Source: an uncultured Acidiphilium sp.
Lineage (GTDB): Bacteria > Bacillota > Clostridia > Christensenellales > Borkfalkiaceae
Assembly (NCBI GenBank): GCA_964585955.1
Contig: CAZPFZ010000001.1
Span: 1-30,098 of the forward strand
Length of the DNA stretch: 30,098 nt
Direction: 5' to 3'
Shown: piece after piece, positions 15,551 to 25,123 of the stretch
Layout: every line of letters begins with the position of its first letter
How positions within the stretch are numbered: position 1 is the first letter of the stretch
The notes under the pieces: model-generated
The model's input: the letters and a program-made list of their open reading frames with translations, nothing else
Databases searched by the model: none
What the model was told of the DNA's origin: nothing
Program-made: the position numbers and the translations under genes

Positions 15551-17644
15551 ATGATGAAAAACAAAAAAATTATTATGCTGCTTTCTATTTTAATGGCATG
15601 CATAATGTGCGCTGCTGTTGCAGGTTGTCAGAATGAAGGCGACGGCGTAAGCTCTCCTTCCGAAAGTTCTTTCACGGAAGCATCGGATTTGCCTGATTCG
15701 AGCAGTATTACCGAAGATGAAGAAAAGTATACCGTTAAATTCATGAACGGCGAAACGATTGTTTCTGAGGTAGAGGCAGCAAAAGGTGAATTGGTAGACA
15801 TCCCCGAAGATCCTACTAGTGAAGATTCTAGATACACTTTTGTCGGTTGGGAAGGTTTGGATGAAACCGATAAAGCAGCCGGACAGGTAGAAGTATTTGC
15901 CGATGCAACTTATGCTGCAATTTGGAAAGAACAGTTTGGTTCTGCAAAAACCTTCGAAGCGATGCAACTTCGTAACATATTCACTTTGACTATAGACGGT
16001 ACAGAAGAAGACGCTTGGTTAGATGCAACCGGTATCGCTTTAGACAAAGAAGGCAGTTATGTTAAATTTATGTGGGATGCTACCAACATTTATATTTTTG
16101 CAAACATAGTTGATAGCGATATAACCAACGATAACCTCGAAGTAAAAATTGACCTTTTACATAGTGAAGAATATGCGACCGATGCTTGGAATGGAACAGA
16201 TTGGGGCGAAAAGTATCGTGCAAATTACATGGTAGAAGGCGGTTATGCTGTAAATGCAGGAGCTGAAACTATAAGCAATTTCTATTGGGAATGGTTGTCA
16301 AACGGTGACCAAGCAGGTGCTGCCGGTAAATCGGTTATTACCGAAACAGGTTACACTGTAGAAATGAAAATAGGCACAACTAACGGTTCAACTCCCGACT
16401 TTGTAAGACCTGATGTAGATCAAGTAATAGGTCTTTCTGTAAGAAATCTTAACAAAAAAACTGTCGCTATGGAATCTTTTGCAGGTTATATGGATCACGG
16501 TCCTAAGAGCCTTTCCAATGTAAAACTCGTTGCAAACGAAAATAACGATAAAGATTTGATGAGCGTAAAAGAAGTTCGTGAAAACTACTCTATAGTTGTA
16601 GATAATAAAGAAGATCTTCTCTACAAAGATGCCGCAGAAACTATGTTTGGTGAATCAAAAGTAAAAATGCTTTGGGCAAAAGAAGGCGTATATTTGCTTG
16701 CTACCCTCGGCGAGAATACTAAATCGTTAAAGTTTGAAAGTCCTTTGCTTGGCGAAGCTGTTGAATTTACAACCGCAAAATCCGTAAACGAGCTTAAAAT
16801 ATCTTCGCCCAACGGCTTTGTATTAAATTCTTATGCTGATTTAACTGTTAGCTATGAAGATGGCAGCGCAGAAGCAGTTGTAAAAGAATATATCATGAAA
16901 TTAGAAGCTAATCCGCAAAACTTTGGTCGTAACATTTACGAAGCAAAGAAACTTGCCGAGAACCAAACTATAACCGTTGACGGCACAAAAGATGCTGCTT
17001 ACGGTGAAGAAGCAACTATGATAATCGACACAATTTCTTTAAGAGAAAACAATGGCGAACCCGACAATACAGGTAAAGCTTGGATAAGATGGGATGACTC
17101 TAATCTTTATGTATATGTAGAAGTTCTCGATGATGACGTATCTACCGAACAAAGAGGTGATTCTCATAATAACGATAGCGTAGAGCTTTGGTTGTCCACT
17201 TGTCGTACCCTTCCTCAAAATACAACGGGTTGGGGATTTGGTGATTACGATTGTTTACGCCCTAGCGCTGATTGGTGTGGCGAAGGCGGTTGGAGAGTTC
17301 AAGCTTGTAATGCAGCTCTTACCGGTTCGCATTGGATGTATGACTGGGCTGACGGTGTTCCTCGTGAAGTAGCAGCCGGCAAACTTATGGATGGCGAAAC
17401 TCAAATTGGTTACACGGTTGAATATAAGATTGCTTGGAGTACGTTTGCAGATGCAAGCAAGGTTCCCGAAAAAGTAGGTCAAATAATCGATATTATGATT
17501 AACATTAACGAAGATGACGGACAAGACGGTACCCGTGAAGGTATAGTTAGTTCTAATGCTAAGGGATGTGAAGCATGGCATCAGCCTTATGTTTTAGACC
17601 AACTTAAATTGGTTGCAGCTGATACAACAACCGAAGAAGCATAA
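15551..17644 (+). CDS. Lipoprotein: InlB-B-type repeat + three CBM9-like domains (middle one degenerate)
   Basis: Start moved from 15494 to ATG 15551 or 15554 (AAGGAG RBS). Lipobox VAG-C, YTFVGW repeat. Domains begin LTIDGTEEDAW, IVVDNKEDLLY and ITVDGTKDAAY; the last has WDDSNLYVYVEVLDDD, NDSVEL and GYTVEYKIAW. Confidence 0.75.
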   Translation: MMKNKKIIMLLSILMACIMCAAVAGCQNEGDGVSSPSESSFTEASDLPDSSSITEDEEKYTVKFMNGETIVSEVEAAKGELVDIPEDPTSEDSRYTFVGWEGLDETDKAAGQVEVFADATYAAIWKEQFGSAKTFEAMQLRNIFTLTIDGTEEDAWLDATGIALDKEGSYVKFMWDATNIYIFANIVDSDITNDNLEVKIDLLHSEEYATDAWNGTDWGEKYRANYMVEGGYAVNAGAETISNFYWEWLSNGDQAGAAGKSVITETGYTVEMKIGTTNGSTPDFVRPDVDQVIGLSVRNLNKKTVAMESFAGYMDHGPKSLSNVKLVANENNDKDLMSVKEVRENYSIVVDNKEDLLYKDAAETMFGESKVKMLWAKEGVYLLATLGENTKSLKFESPLLGEAVEFTTAKSVNELKISSPNGFVLNSYADLTVSYEDGSAEAVVKEYIMKLEANPQNFGRNIYEAKKLAENQTITVDGTKDAAYGEEATMIIDTISLRENNGEPDNTGKAWIRWDDSNLYVYVEVLDDDVSTEQRGDSHNNDSVELWLSTCRTLPQNTTGWGFGDYDCLRPSADWCGEGGWRVQACNAALTGSHWMYDWADGVPREVAAGKLMDGETQIGYTVEYKIAWSTFADASKVPEKVGQIIDIMININEDDGQDGTREGIVSSNAKGCEAWHQPYVLDQLKLVAADTTTEEA

Positions 17645-17693
17645 TTATATATAACAAAATTAGCAAAAATAACAAAATAATAAGTTAAATTAT

Positions 17694-17727
17694 GGGTTCT
17701 CCTTGCCGCAATTGGTAAGGAGAACCC
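17694..17727. other. 14-bp intergenic hairpin without U-tract
   Basis: GGGTTCTCCTTGCC-GCAATT-GGTAAGGAGAACCC followed by TGAAAAAA; a weaker GAGCG..CGCTC hairpin lies at 17749-17770. Confidence 0.75.
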
Positions 17728-17790
17728 TGAAAAAATAACGAAAATATAGAGCGATAATATGATTGCGCTCGGTAAAACAGGAGGTTTCTT

Positions 17791-20088
17791 GTGAAAAAAA
17801 TTACAAAACTCGCAACAGGGTTGTTGTGTTTGCTTTTCGGAATTAACAGCTTTGCAGCTTGCAATACTGTCGGTCCCGGCGGACAACATTCCTCGGATGA
17901 TAATATTGATCTTACAAATGCAATTACAATGAAAGCGGATTTTAATGAAATTATCGATCCGCCTTTACTTAAAAAAGTTGCAATGTACAATGCGGGTTGT
18001 ATTCAACCGCTTACTAACTACGAAAGAGATTTTGATAGAATTAAGGAGTTGAATGCCGATGCGCTTCGTATAGACCTTTCTCTTGGTAAGTCTGGCGGTA
18101 CGGCAGGGCAGTATCTTGTAGGTGAAGATTATGATTTTAAAAATTATAATCCAACCACGGGTACGTTCGAAGTAGTAAAAGATTCGCTTACTTACGATTT
18201 CTCTCAGCTTGATGGTATTGTAGATTATATGAATCAGGCAGATGTTCTTCCTTATATGTCTTGGAGTTATATTCCTTTCCCATTACAACAGGATGGAAAG
18301 TGGAATAACCTCGATACAAACATTACAAACTGGAAGGAAATTTGGGAAGAAACATTTTATCAATATGCTAAGCATTATAAAGATACGGGTATAAAAATCG
18401 GTTATCACGAAATTTACAACGAACCCGATCTTGAAATTTTAAAGTGTTGGGGTGTATTTGATAACACTTTCGACGGATTTTTAAGTTGGGATGATTTTTG
18501 TCTTGGTTCACAGTGCGCACCCGGTAACGGTGTATATCCCGATATGTACGAATACGGTGCAAAGGGTATTTTGCGTGCCGATCCCGATGCCTCTATCGGC
18601 GGACCTGCTTTCGCGCTTGGCGAAATCGGCGTAGAAAGCTGGGTAGGATTTCTTCCCAGAGTATTAGAAAAACAGCTTCCTCTTGACTTCTATTCGTTCC
18701 ATACCTACCTTGATGGTAACACTTGGTTTATGAGTGACGAAGAACGTGCAAACGGAGGTAAAAACGAGATAGAAAAGGTAGTTGACGGATTGGCTTCTGA
18801 TTCATATTTTATTAAATCGGCTATTCACATCAACGAATACAGCTACCTTAACGATAAAAACGGCTCGTCAAACGGTTTAAACAGTCCTTACAATTATTAC
18901 GGTGGAGCATGGCAAACGATTGACGGCTTAATGGAAGCTATTAACCGTTCTACAATTCAATGGATTTATTGGGCTCAGTTTATGGAATCCACAGGCGGCT
19001 ATGATCCCTATGGTTTAATAGAGCATGTAGGCGGTAATGTAAAAGCGCCTTTCAACGCGTTAAAAATTTATGCCGATATGCCTGTATGGCGTTACGACAG
19101 CTATTTTGCACCCGATAGCGATGGGTTGCAATCTCTTGTTTCTTCTACTGACGACAAGATAGGTATTCTTCTTTGGAATACAAATTCGGCATTAGATGCA
19201 AACGGAAACAAAACGACGGCAGGCGATAGAACCGTTCGCGTTGAACTCGATAATGCAAAATTCGGCAATGGAACAAGAAGGGTATACCGTATTGATGAAA
19301 ACCATGCAAGTTATTTTGATAACAACAATAACGCTGAATTAGTTGCCGAGGCTATTGCCAATGTAAAAACCGACAGTGATGTTTGGGCTGGCAATATTCC
19401 CGCTGACGGAATGGTGTATATTACTATTAACAAAGACGGTGCTGAAGATTTCACCGATTACGAAAATCGTACTTCCGATTTTGCTTCTGATATTAAAACA
19501 CAGTATTATTACGAAGATAGATACAGAGGTTTAGAAGGAAGTCGCGGTGTATATCAAGATTATGTAGAAGAAATTTCCGGTAGCTATTCACATTTTGATA
19601 GAACCACTTGGACTATGTATCTTGGCATGGGCAGTGCTACGGGAAAAGGTGGCAAGTACGAAGGTCAAGCACACGCTAACGGTGCTGTAATTTGTGAAAA
19701 TCTTCCTGAAAAATTCAAAGTCGGCGTTAAAGCTGAAGGCGAAATTTCTATGGTAAATAAAAATACCACACTTGGCTTCCGCGTTGATTTTTATGATGAA
19801 ACAACAGGAAAATATACAAATAGCGTATATTTCTATAAGGACGATCTTTATAGAGCAAGCCGTGATCCTAAAGCGCAGGATAGCAAGGTTAAAAACTTGT
19901 CTGTATATCCTTGGGGAACGCAACAAAAAGCCGATGTTGCCGTTTCTATGAGCGGAGATGTTTGGGATATAGATTTATCTAAATATGCTCCCGATGGTTG
20001 GGATGCTGCAACGGGAAGAGTTCAAATTTCCTTTGATATGCAAAACACCGGTGCAAACACACGCGCTATGTTCAGTTTGTATGAATAA
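17791..20088 (+). CDS. Lipoprotein glycoside hydrolase, GH39-like (paralogue of 620-2812)
   Basis: GTG start after AGGAGG RBS, lipobox FAA-C. HEIYNEPD and IHINEYS catalytic motifs. Same C-terminal domain ending MQNTGANTRA..SLY. Confidence 0.8.
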   Translation: MKKITKLATGLLCLLFGINSFAACNTVGPGGQHSSDDNIDLTNAITMKADFNEIIDPPLLKKVAMYNAGCIQPLTNYERDFDRIKELNADALRIDLSLGKSGGTAGQYLVGEDYDFKNYNPTTGTFEVVKDSLTYDFSQLDGIVDYMNQADVLPYMSWSYIPFPLQQDGKWNNLDTNITNWKEIWEETFYQYAKHYKDTGIKIGYHEIYNEPDLEILKCWGVFDNTFDGFLSWDDFCLGSQCAPGNGVYPDMYEYGAKGILRADPDASIGGPAFALGEIGVESWVGFLPRVLEKQLPLDFYSFHTYLDGNTWFMSDEERANGGKNEIEKVVDGLASDSYFIKSAIHINEYSYLNDKNGSSNGLNSPYNYYGGAWQTIDGLMEAINRSTIQWIYWAQFMESTGGYDPYGLIEHVGGNVKAPFNALKIYADMPVWRYDSYFAPDSDGLQSLVSSTDDKIGILLWNTNSALDANGNKTTAGDRTVRVELDNAKFGNGTRRVYRIDENHASYFDNNNNAELVAEAIANVKTDSDVWAGNIPADGMVYITINKDGAEDFTDYENRTSDFASDIKTQYYYEDRYRGLEGSRGVYQDYVEEISGSYSHFDRTTWTMYLGMGSATGKGGKYEGQAHANGAVICENLPEKFKVGVKAEGEISMVNKNTTLGFRVDFYDETTGKYTNSVYFYKDDLYRASRDPKAQDSKVKNLSVYPWGTQQKADVAVSMSGDVWDIDLSKYAPDGWDAATGRVQISFDMQNTGANTRAMFSLYE

Positions 20089-20125
20089 AAAAAATACACA
20101 TTTTTAATAAATAGCTGAGAAAATT

Positions 20126-21880
20126 ATGATAAAATGTTACCAAAAAGGATATTTTAGACCACAATTTGTCCGTAAACATTGGATAGATATGAACGGGGTT
20201 TGGAATTTTGTTTTTGACGACGAAAACATAGGTGAAAAGGTCGGATTTTTTAAACAATTTCCGACCAATTCCCTAAAAATTAACGTACCGTATTCATATG
20301 AAACACCTGCAAGCGGTATTGGCGACGAAAGCGTTCACAATGTGGTTTGGTATCAAAAAATATTCAAAGCAGAAGAAATTGAGACTAGAAAAAGGTACAT
20401 TATCAATTTTGAGGGTGCTGATTATGTAACAAAAGTATGGGTTAACGGTATTTTTATCGGTAGCCATATTGGTGGAAACTGTCGTTTTAGTTTTGATATA
20501 ACAAACGCAATTCTATCGAATAAAGAAAACAATATGATTGTAAAATGCGAAGATTCGCTTGATACAACTCAACCGAGAGGAAAACAGCGTTGGCTTAAAG
20601 ATAGTTTTGGCTGTTGGTATATTCAAACAACGGGAATTTGGAAGCCGGTATGGAGCGAAATTGTTTCCGAAACTCGTTTAGATTATGTAAAAATTACCCC
20701 GGATATAGACACCGAGAGCGTCCGTTTTGACTATACTGTAACAGATATTCGAAAGAATGTAGAGATTGAAACGAAGATTTCGTTTGAAGATGTTTTTGTT
20801 ACAAGCTCTCGTTATTCGGTAAAAAATAAGAATTCTTGGCAAAGCTTAGATATTCGTTGTTCGGCATTTGATTTTAAGGTAAAATGTTGGAACCCTGATT
20901 TTCCTAATCTTTATGACGTTGAATTTATCGTTTATGAAGACGGAAAGGAAGTAGACAGGGTGGGCTCTTATTTCGGTATGCGTAAAATTCAAGCCGACGA
21001 AAAGGGAATTCGTTTGAATAACTGTCCATTGTACCAAAAACTTGTTCTTGCTCAAAATTATTGGACAAAAACAGGTTATACCATGCCAGACGAAGATGCC
21101 GCAAAAAAAGATATAGCAATTGCTAAAGCTGCGGGCTTTAACGGTTTGCGTATCCATCAAAAAATCGAGGACGAACGTTTTTTACTTCATTGCGATGTGG
21201 ATGGTATATTTGTTTGGGCGGAGTTCCCCGCAGCATACGAATTTAACTATACCGCAGTTAAAAATTTAACAGATGAATGGATGGATGCTGTAAAACAGCA
21301 ATATAATCATCCTTCAATTATTACCTGGGTTCCTTTTAACGAAAGTTGGGGACTACCTAATATTTTTACACAAAAAACGCAGCAAGAATTCACTTGCGGT
21401 ATTTATAGTTTAACTAAATCTTTTGATTCAATGCGACCTGTTATTACCAACGATGGTTGGGAACACACTTGTTCCGATATTATTACGTTGCATGATTACG
21501 ATGGCGCAGGTGAGCATATGTTGCCTCGATATAAAAATGGATTAAAAGATATTCTCGAAAACCGTGTGGCTCATGGGCAGTATAAATTTGCCTTTGCGCA
21601 AGGTTATGCGTATAAAGGTCAACCAATTATTGTTAGTGAATATGGCGGCATTGCTATGGAAGGTGGCGAAGGTTGGGGGTATAACGGTAGGGTGAAAGAC
21701 GGAGAGTCGTTGATTAAAAAATATGACGATTTAACATCTGCTATAAAAAGCATGGAAAACGTTTGTGGCTACTGTTATACGCAACTTACAGATCTTTATC
21801 AAGAGATCAACGGTTTGGTTGATATGGATAGAAATCCCAAAGTGGATTTAGCAATTATAAAATCAATTAATGATAAATAA
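20126..21880 (+). CDS. Glycoside hydrolase family 2, cytoplasmic; specificity not assignable
   Basis: LNG.WNF-like start (MNGVWNF), FEGADYVTKVWVNG, FGMRKI, GFNGLRIHQK, acid/base WVPFNESWG and nucleophile VSEYGG; no signal peptide. Confidence 0.88.
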   Translation: MIKCYQKGYFRPQFVRKHWIDMNGVWNFVFDDENIGEKVGFFKQFPTNSLKINVPYSYETPASGIGDESVHNVVWYQKIFKAEEIETRKRYIINFEGADYVTKVWVNGIFIGSHIGGNCRFSFDITNAILSNKENNMIVKCEDSLDTTQPRGKQRWLKDSFGCWYIQTTGIWKPVWSEIVSETRLDYVKITPDIDTESVRFDYTVTDIRKNVEIETKISFEDVFVTSSRYSVKNKNSWQSLDIRCSAFDFKVKCWNPDFPNLYDVEFIVYEDGKEVDRVGSYFGMRKIQADEKGIRLNNCPLYQKLVLAQNYWTKTGYTMPDEDAAKKDIAIAKAAGFNGLRIHQKIEDERFLLHCDVDGIFVWAEFPAAYEFNYTAVKNLTDEWMDAVKQQYNHPSIITWVPFNESWGLPNIFTQKTQQEFTCGIYSLTKSFDSMRPVITNDGWEHTCSDIITLHDYDGAGEHMLPRYKNGLKDILENRVAHGQYKFAFAQGYAYKGQPIIVSEYGGIAMEGGEGWGYNGRVKDGESLIKKYDDLTSAIKSMENVCGYCYTQLTDLYQEINGLVDMDRNPKVDLAIIKSINDK

Positions 21881-21891
21881 GGAGAAATAAG

Positions 21892-23220
21892 ATGAATAAA
21901 TTTTTAAAGAGAATTTTCTCGTTTGCAATGGTTGCATGTCTTGCTTCCGGTTTAGGTGCTTGTGGCGGAAAACCTGATAATGGCTCCGCTCCTTCTTCAG
22001 CTGCTACCGGAAATGCAATAGTCATTTCGTTTTGGAATCCTATTACCGGACCTGATGCTGCGTATATGCAAACACTTGTTGCTGATTTTAACAAAGAATA
22101 TAAAGGACAATTTTATGTTAATTCCGATGCGCAGGCAGAAGCAAGTCATTATCAACGTATAACAACAAGCTTTACCGATCAATCAACTGCAGATCTTTGC
22201 CTCGTGCATAAATCGAGAATTTCTTCTTTCCAACGCGCCGGCAAGTTGCGTTCTATGACTAGCATGTTGGAAGGCATAGGTATTAGCGCGGACGATTACG
22301 TAGGCGATAGTTGGACTGCTTGCGAAATTGATGGCGAAATGTATGCTACACCATACGATGTATTACCCACGCTTCTTTTCTATAACAGAAAGCTTATTCC
22401 TGCCGGATATACCGAAGCAGATATTCTTTCAGAAAACTTTACTATTGATAAAATGTTAGAAATGATGCAAGCTGCATACAAGCACGCACCTATGACAACT
22501 AAGAGAGTTTACGGTATGGCATTTAACTATTCGTATACCGAGCCTATGTTCTTAAGTTTTCTCAATCAACAGGGCGCTGCCGCAGTAGATGCCGCAAATC
22601 CCACCGTACCTACTTTTGCAAACGAAAAGGGTTACGCCGCTGCCGAAGCTGTAAAACGTATTCCCTTCACTTTGAAAGACGGAAATAAAGTTTGTTCAGA
22701 AAGTGGTTCCGATCACTTGAATGTATTTACTCAGGGTAGAGCATTGTTTACTATTGATGGTATTTGGTCAGCTCCTTCCGCATGTGAAAAAACAGAAAAG
22801 GTAGATGCAGGCGTTGCCCTTCTTCCCAAGATGAACGCGGATGTTGCAAGAAATGTTGCTGCAGACGGTCACGTTTTTGTAACTTTTGATAACAAAAAAG
22901 TTTCTACCGAAAAAGACCAAGCAATCGCTACATTTATGAATTATCTTATTGAACACAGCGAATATTGGTGCCAAGGCGGAAAAGTAGCCGCCAGAGCAGA
23001 CAGTGTGAACAACGAAGAGTATCAAGCACTTGAATGGGGCTATCTTTCCGGTTTACTTGAAAATATCATTTCGCCGGTAAAAACATATACCTATGATACA
23101 ATTACTAATCCTATCGGTGTAGAAGTTGCTAAACTTTGCGAAGGAATAGAAACTGATGTTCAAAAAGCAGTAAATAAAGCTGCGCAAGACGCAAAACAGG
23201 AAGCTGAAGCATTGCAGTAA
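21892..23220 (+). CDS. Carbohydrate ABC transporter substrate-binding lipoprotein
   Basis: AGGAG RBS and lipobox LGA-C. ISFWN..GPD, DGEMYATP..V.PTLLFYNRKL and F.QGRALFTIDGIW are typical of family 1 sugar-binding proteins; followed by two permeases. Confidence 0.9.
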   Translation: MNKFLKRIFSFAMVACLASGLGACGGKPDNGSAPSSAATGNAIVISFWNPITGPDAAYMQTLVADFNKEYKGQFYVNSDAQAEASHYQRITTSFTDQSTADLCLVHKSRISSFQRAGKLRSMTSMLEGIGISADDYVGDSWTACEIDGEMYATPYDVLPTLLFYNRKLIPAGYTEADILSENFTIDKMLEMMQAAYKHAPMTTKRVYGMAFNYSYTEPMFLSFLNQQGAAAVDAANPTVPTFANEKGYAAAEAVKRIPFTLKDGNKVCSESGSDHLNVFTQGRALFTIDGIWSAPSACEKTEKVDAGVALLPKMNADVARNVAADGHVFVTFDNKKVSTEKDQAIATFMNYLIEHSEYWCQGGKVAARADSVNNEEYQALEWGYLSGLLENIISPVKTYTYDTITNPIGVEVAKLCEGIETDVQKAVNKAAQDAKQEAEALQ

Positions 23221-23274
23221 TTCCTTTTTGGTGCATATAGGCAAAAATAAATCCAAAAAAAGGGGGTACCACCT

Positions 23275-24180
23275 GTGAATAAGAGTAAGAGTGGTGGGTT
23301 AAACAGTCCTAAGGAACAACTTAAGGCGTTAATCTTTATCGGTCCGCAGCTTATCTTTTTCTGTGTATTTTTCATTATTCCGTTTTTCTTTGGTATAATC
23401 ATCAGTTTTACAAAGTGGGACATGATGGGGCCGATGAAGTTTGAAGGATTGGGAAATTTTGCACAAATATGGGATATAAAAGGGGCTATCGAAAAGGTAA
23501 ACGTATTTTCAGAGAATTTTTTCAACGGCTTAAAATACACTCTCTATTATACCGTGGTTATGGTGCCGCTCCTTATTGTTGTGCCCATGGCATTTGCGTT
23601 GGTATTAAATAAACTAAAAGTTGGTAGGGGTATCTTTCAGGCTATCCTATATGCCCCTTCTTTATTATCGGTAGCCACAGTTGCTCTTACTTGGCGCTGG
23701 TTAGTTGATATGGATAACGGTGTGTTTAATAACATATTTTTTCCAATGAACCCTGTCAATTTTGTCCGCGATCACGCATGGCTTTGTATTTTTATGCTTA
23801 CATTGTGGTCAGGCGTAGGTGGCAATCTTGTAATTTTCTTGGCGGGGCTTTCCGGAATACCGGAAACATATTATGAAGCTGCTGATGTTGACGGAGCTAA
23901 CGCTATTGTTAAATTTTGGTATATTACTATTCCCGAAATGAGCTTTCAGCTTTTATATACAACGATTATGGGTACCATCGGTGCATTCAACGTATTTGGT
24001 CAACCTTATATGTTTGGTACTCCGCCGGGACAAGAAGTTCTCATGCAGTATATTCACGAATATGCTTTCGGTATGGCTACCCCCATGGCAGGTATGGCGA
24101 GTGCAATGTCCGTATCTTTGGGGTTGATCATTTCCGTATTTAGCGCGGTTCAGTTTAAACTGATGGAAGCTAAGGATTAA
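23275..24180 (+). CDS. Carbohydrate ABC transporter permease (MalF/UgpA type)
   Basis: GTG start, multiple hydrophobic helices, EAA loop IPETYYEAADVDGAN. Confidence 0.93.
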   Translation: MNKSKSGGLNSPKEQLKALIFIGPQLIFFCVFFIIPFFFGIIISFTKWDMMGPMKFEGLGNFAQIWDIKGAIEKVNVFSENFFNGLKYTLYYTVVMVPLLIVVPMAFALVLNKLKVGRGIFQAILYAPSLLSVATVALTWRWLVDMDNGVFNNIFFPMNPVNFVRDHAWLCIFMLTLWSGVGGNLVIFLAGLSGIPETYYEAADVDGANAIVKFWYITIPEMSFQLLYTTIMGTIGAFNVFGQPYMFGTPPGQEVLMQYIHEYAFGMATPMAGMASAMSVSLGLIISVFSAVQFKLMEAKD

Positions 24181-24191
24181 GGGGGGACAAT

Positions 24192-25055
24192 ATGAAAAAA
24201 TTAAAAGCTCGGAGCCCTTACCAAATTATAACGGTTATTCTACTTATTGTAATTTGTATTGCATGGCTGTTCCCTTTATATTTTATTTTAATGACCTCTC
24301 TTCGTACAGATGCATCTTTTAGGCAAGAAACCTTTAGCGAGGCATTCGGTATATTATTATTTCCCAAAGCTCCTACGTTTGACACTTATAAAACGGTATT
24401 AGATACTACTACGGGTTCGCCTGTTTTACAGTGGTTTTTAAATTCGCTAACGGTTGCCGTTTCAAGCACAATACTTACAGTGTTTGTAAGCGCTATGGCT
24501 GCATTCGGTTATGCTCGTATGCAATTTAAAGGAAAGAATATTTTGTTTTCATTTTTGATGTTTACGATGATGATTCCCGGTGTTATAAACCTCGTTCCGT
24601 CCTACAAAATTGTATCAATGTTAGGTTTAAAAAATAATTTGTTAGCGTTGATTTTACCGGGGCTAAGCGGCGTAGGAAACGTATTTCTTATCAGACAGTT
24701 CTTTTATTCGGTCCCTAAAGATTTCGACGAAGCCGCAAAAATTGACGGTGCAGGATATATTAGGATCTTTTTCCAAATTTTGTTACCGCAAATAGTTCCG
24801 GTATTGATGGTTGTAGCGCTCAATTCTTTCTTAGGTAGTTGGAATGATCTTTTGTGGCCCATGATTGTAATGGACGATACGTCAAAACGTACGCTTACCG
24901 CAGGTCTTAGCGTTATCAATGGCGTGTATGATACAGAATATGCAAGTAAAATGGCGTCGACGGTTATTTCGGCAGTGCCCGTACTTTTGATCTATATTTT
25001 TGCGCAAAAATATTTATTACAGGGCATTTCGTTATCGTCCGGCGTAAAAGGTTAA
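24192..25055 (+). CDS. Carbohydrate ABC transporter permease (MalG/UgpE type)
   Basis: WFLNSLTVA, AAFGYAR, EAA loop VPKDFDEAAKIDGAG, SWNDLLWPMI. Confidence 0.93.
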   Translation: MKKLKARSPYQIITVILLIVICIAWLFPLYFILMTSLRTDASFRQETFSEAFGILLFPKAPTFDTYKTVLDTTTGSPVLQWFLNSLTVAVSSTILTVFVSAMAAFGYARMQFKGKNILFSFLMFTMMIPGVINLVPSYKIVSMLGLKNNLLALILPGLSGVGNVFLIRQFFYSVPKDFDEAAKIDGAGYIRIFFQILLPQIVPVLMVVALNSFLGSWNDLLWPMIVMDDTSKRTLTAGLSVINGVYDTEYASKMASTVISAVPVLLIYIFAQKYLLQGISLSSGVKG

Positions 25056-25061
25056 AAAACG

Positions 25062-25096
25062 AAGGCTGCTCACAAAAGGTGGACAGCCTTTTATTG
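25062..25096 (+). terminator. Weak terminator or attenuator between the ABC genes and the xylose genes
   Basis: AAGGCTG-CTCAC-AAAAG-GTGGA-CAGCCTT followed by TTATT (imperfect U-tract). Confidence 0.45.
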
Positions 25097-25123
25097 TAAA
25101 TATATATAAATCAGGAGATAAAT

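Noticed and set aside
4999-17644. Cellulosome-like scaffoldin or dockerin system
   Set aside because: No duplicated DxNxDGxxxxxD dockerin loops or cohesin-like repeats were recognised; the repeats are InlB-B-type and CBM9-like.
23223-23266. Hairpin after the binding-protein gene that could mask the permease RBS
   Set aside because: The pairing is mostly A-T runs with a large loop and is common after binding-protein genes; too weak to report.
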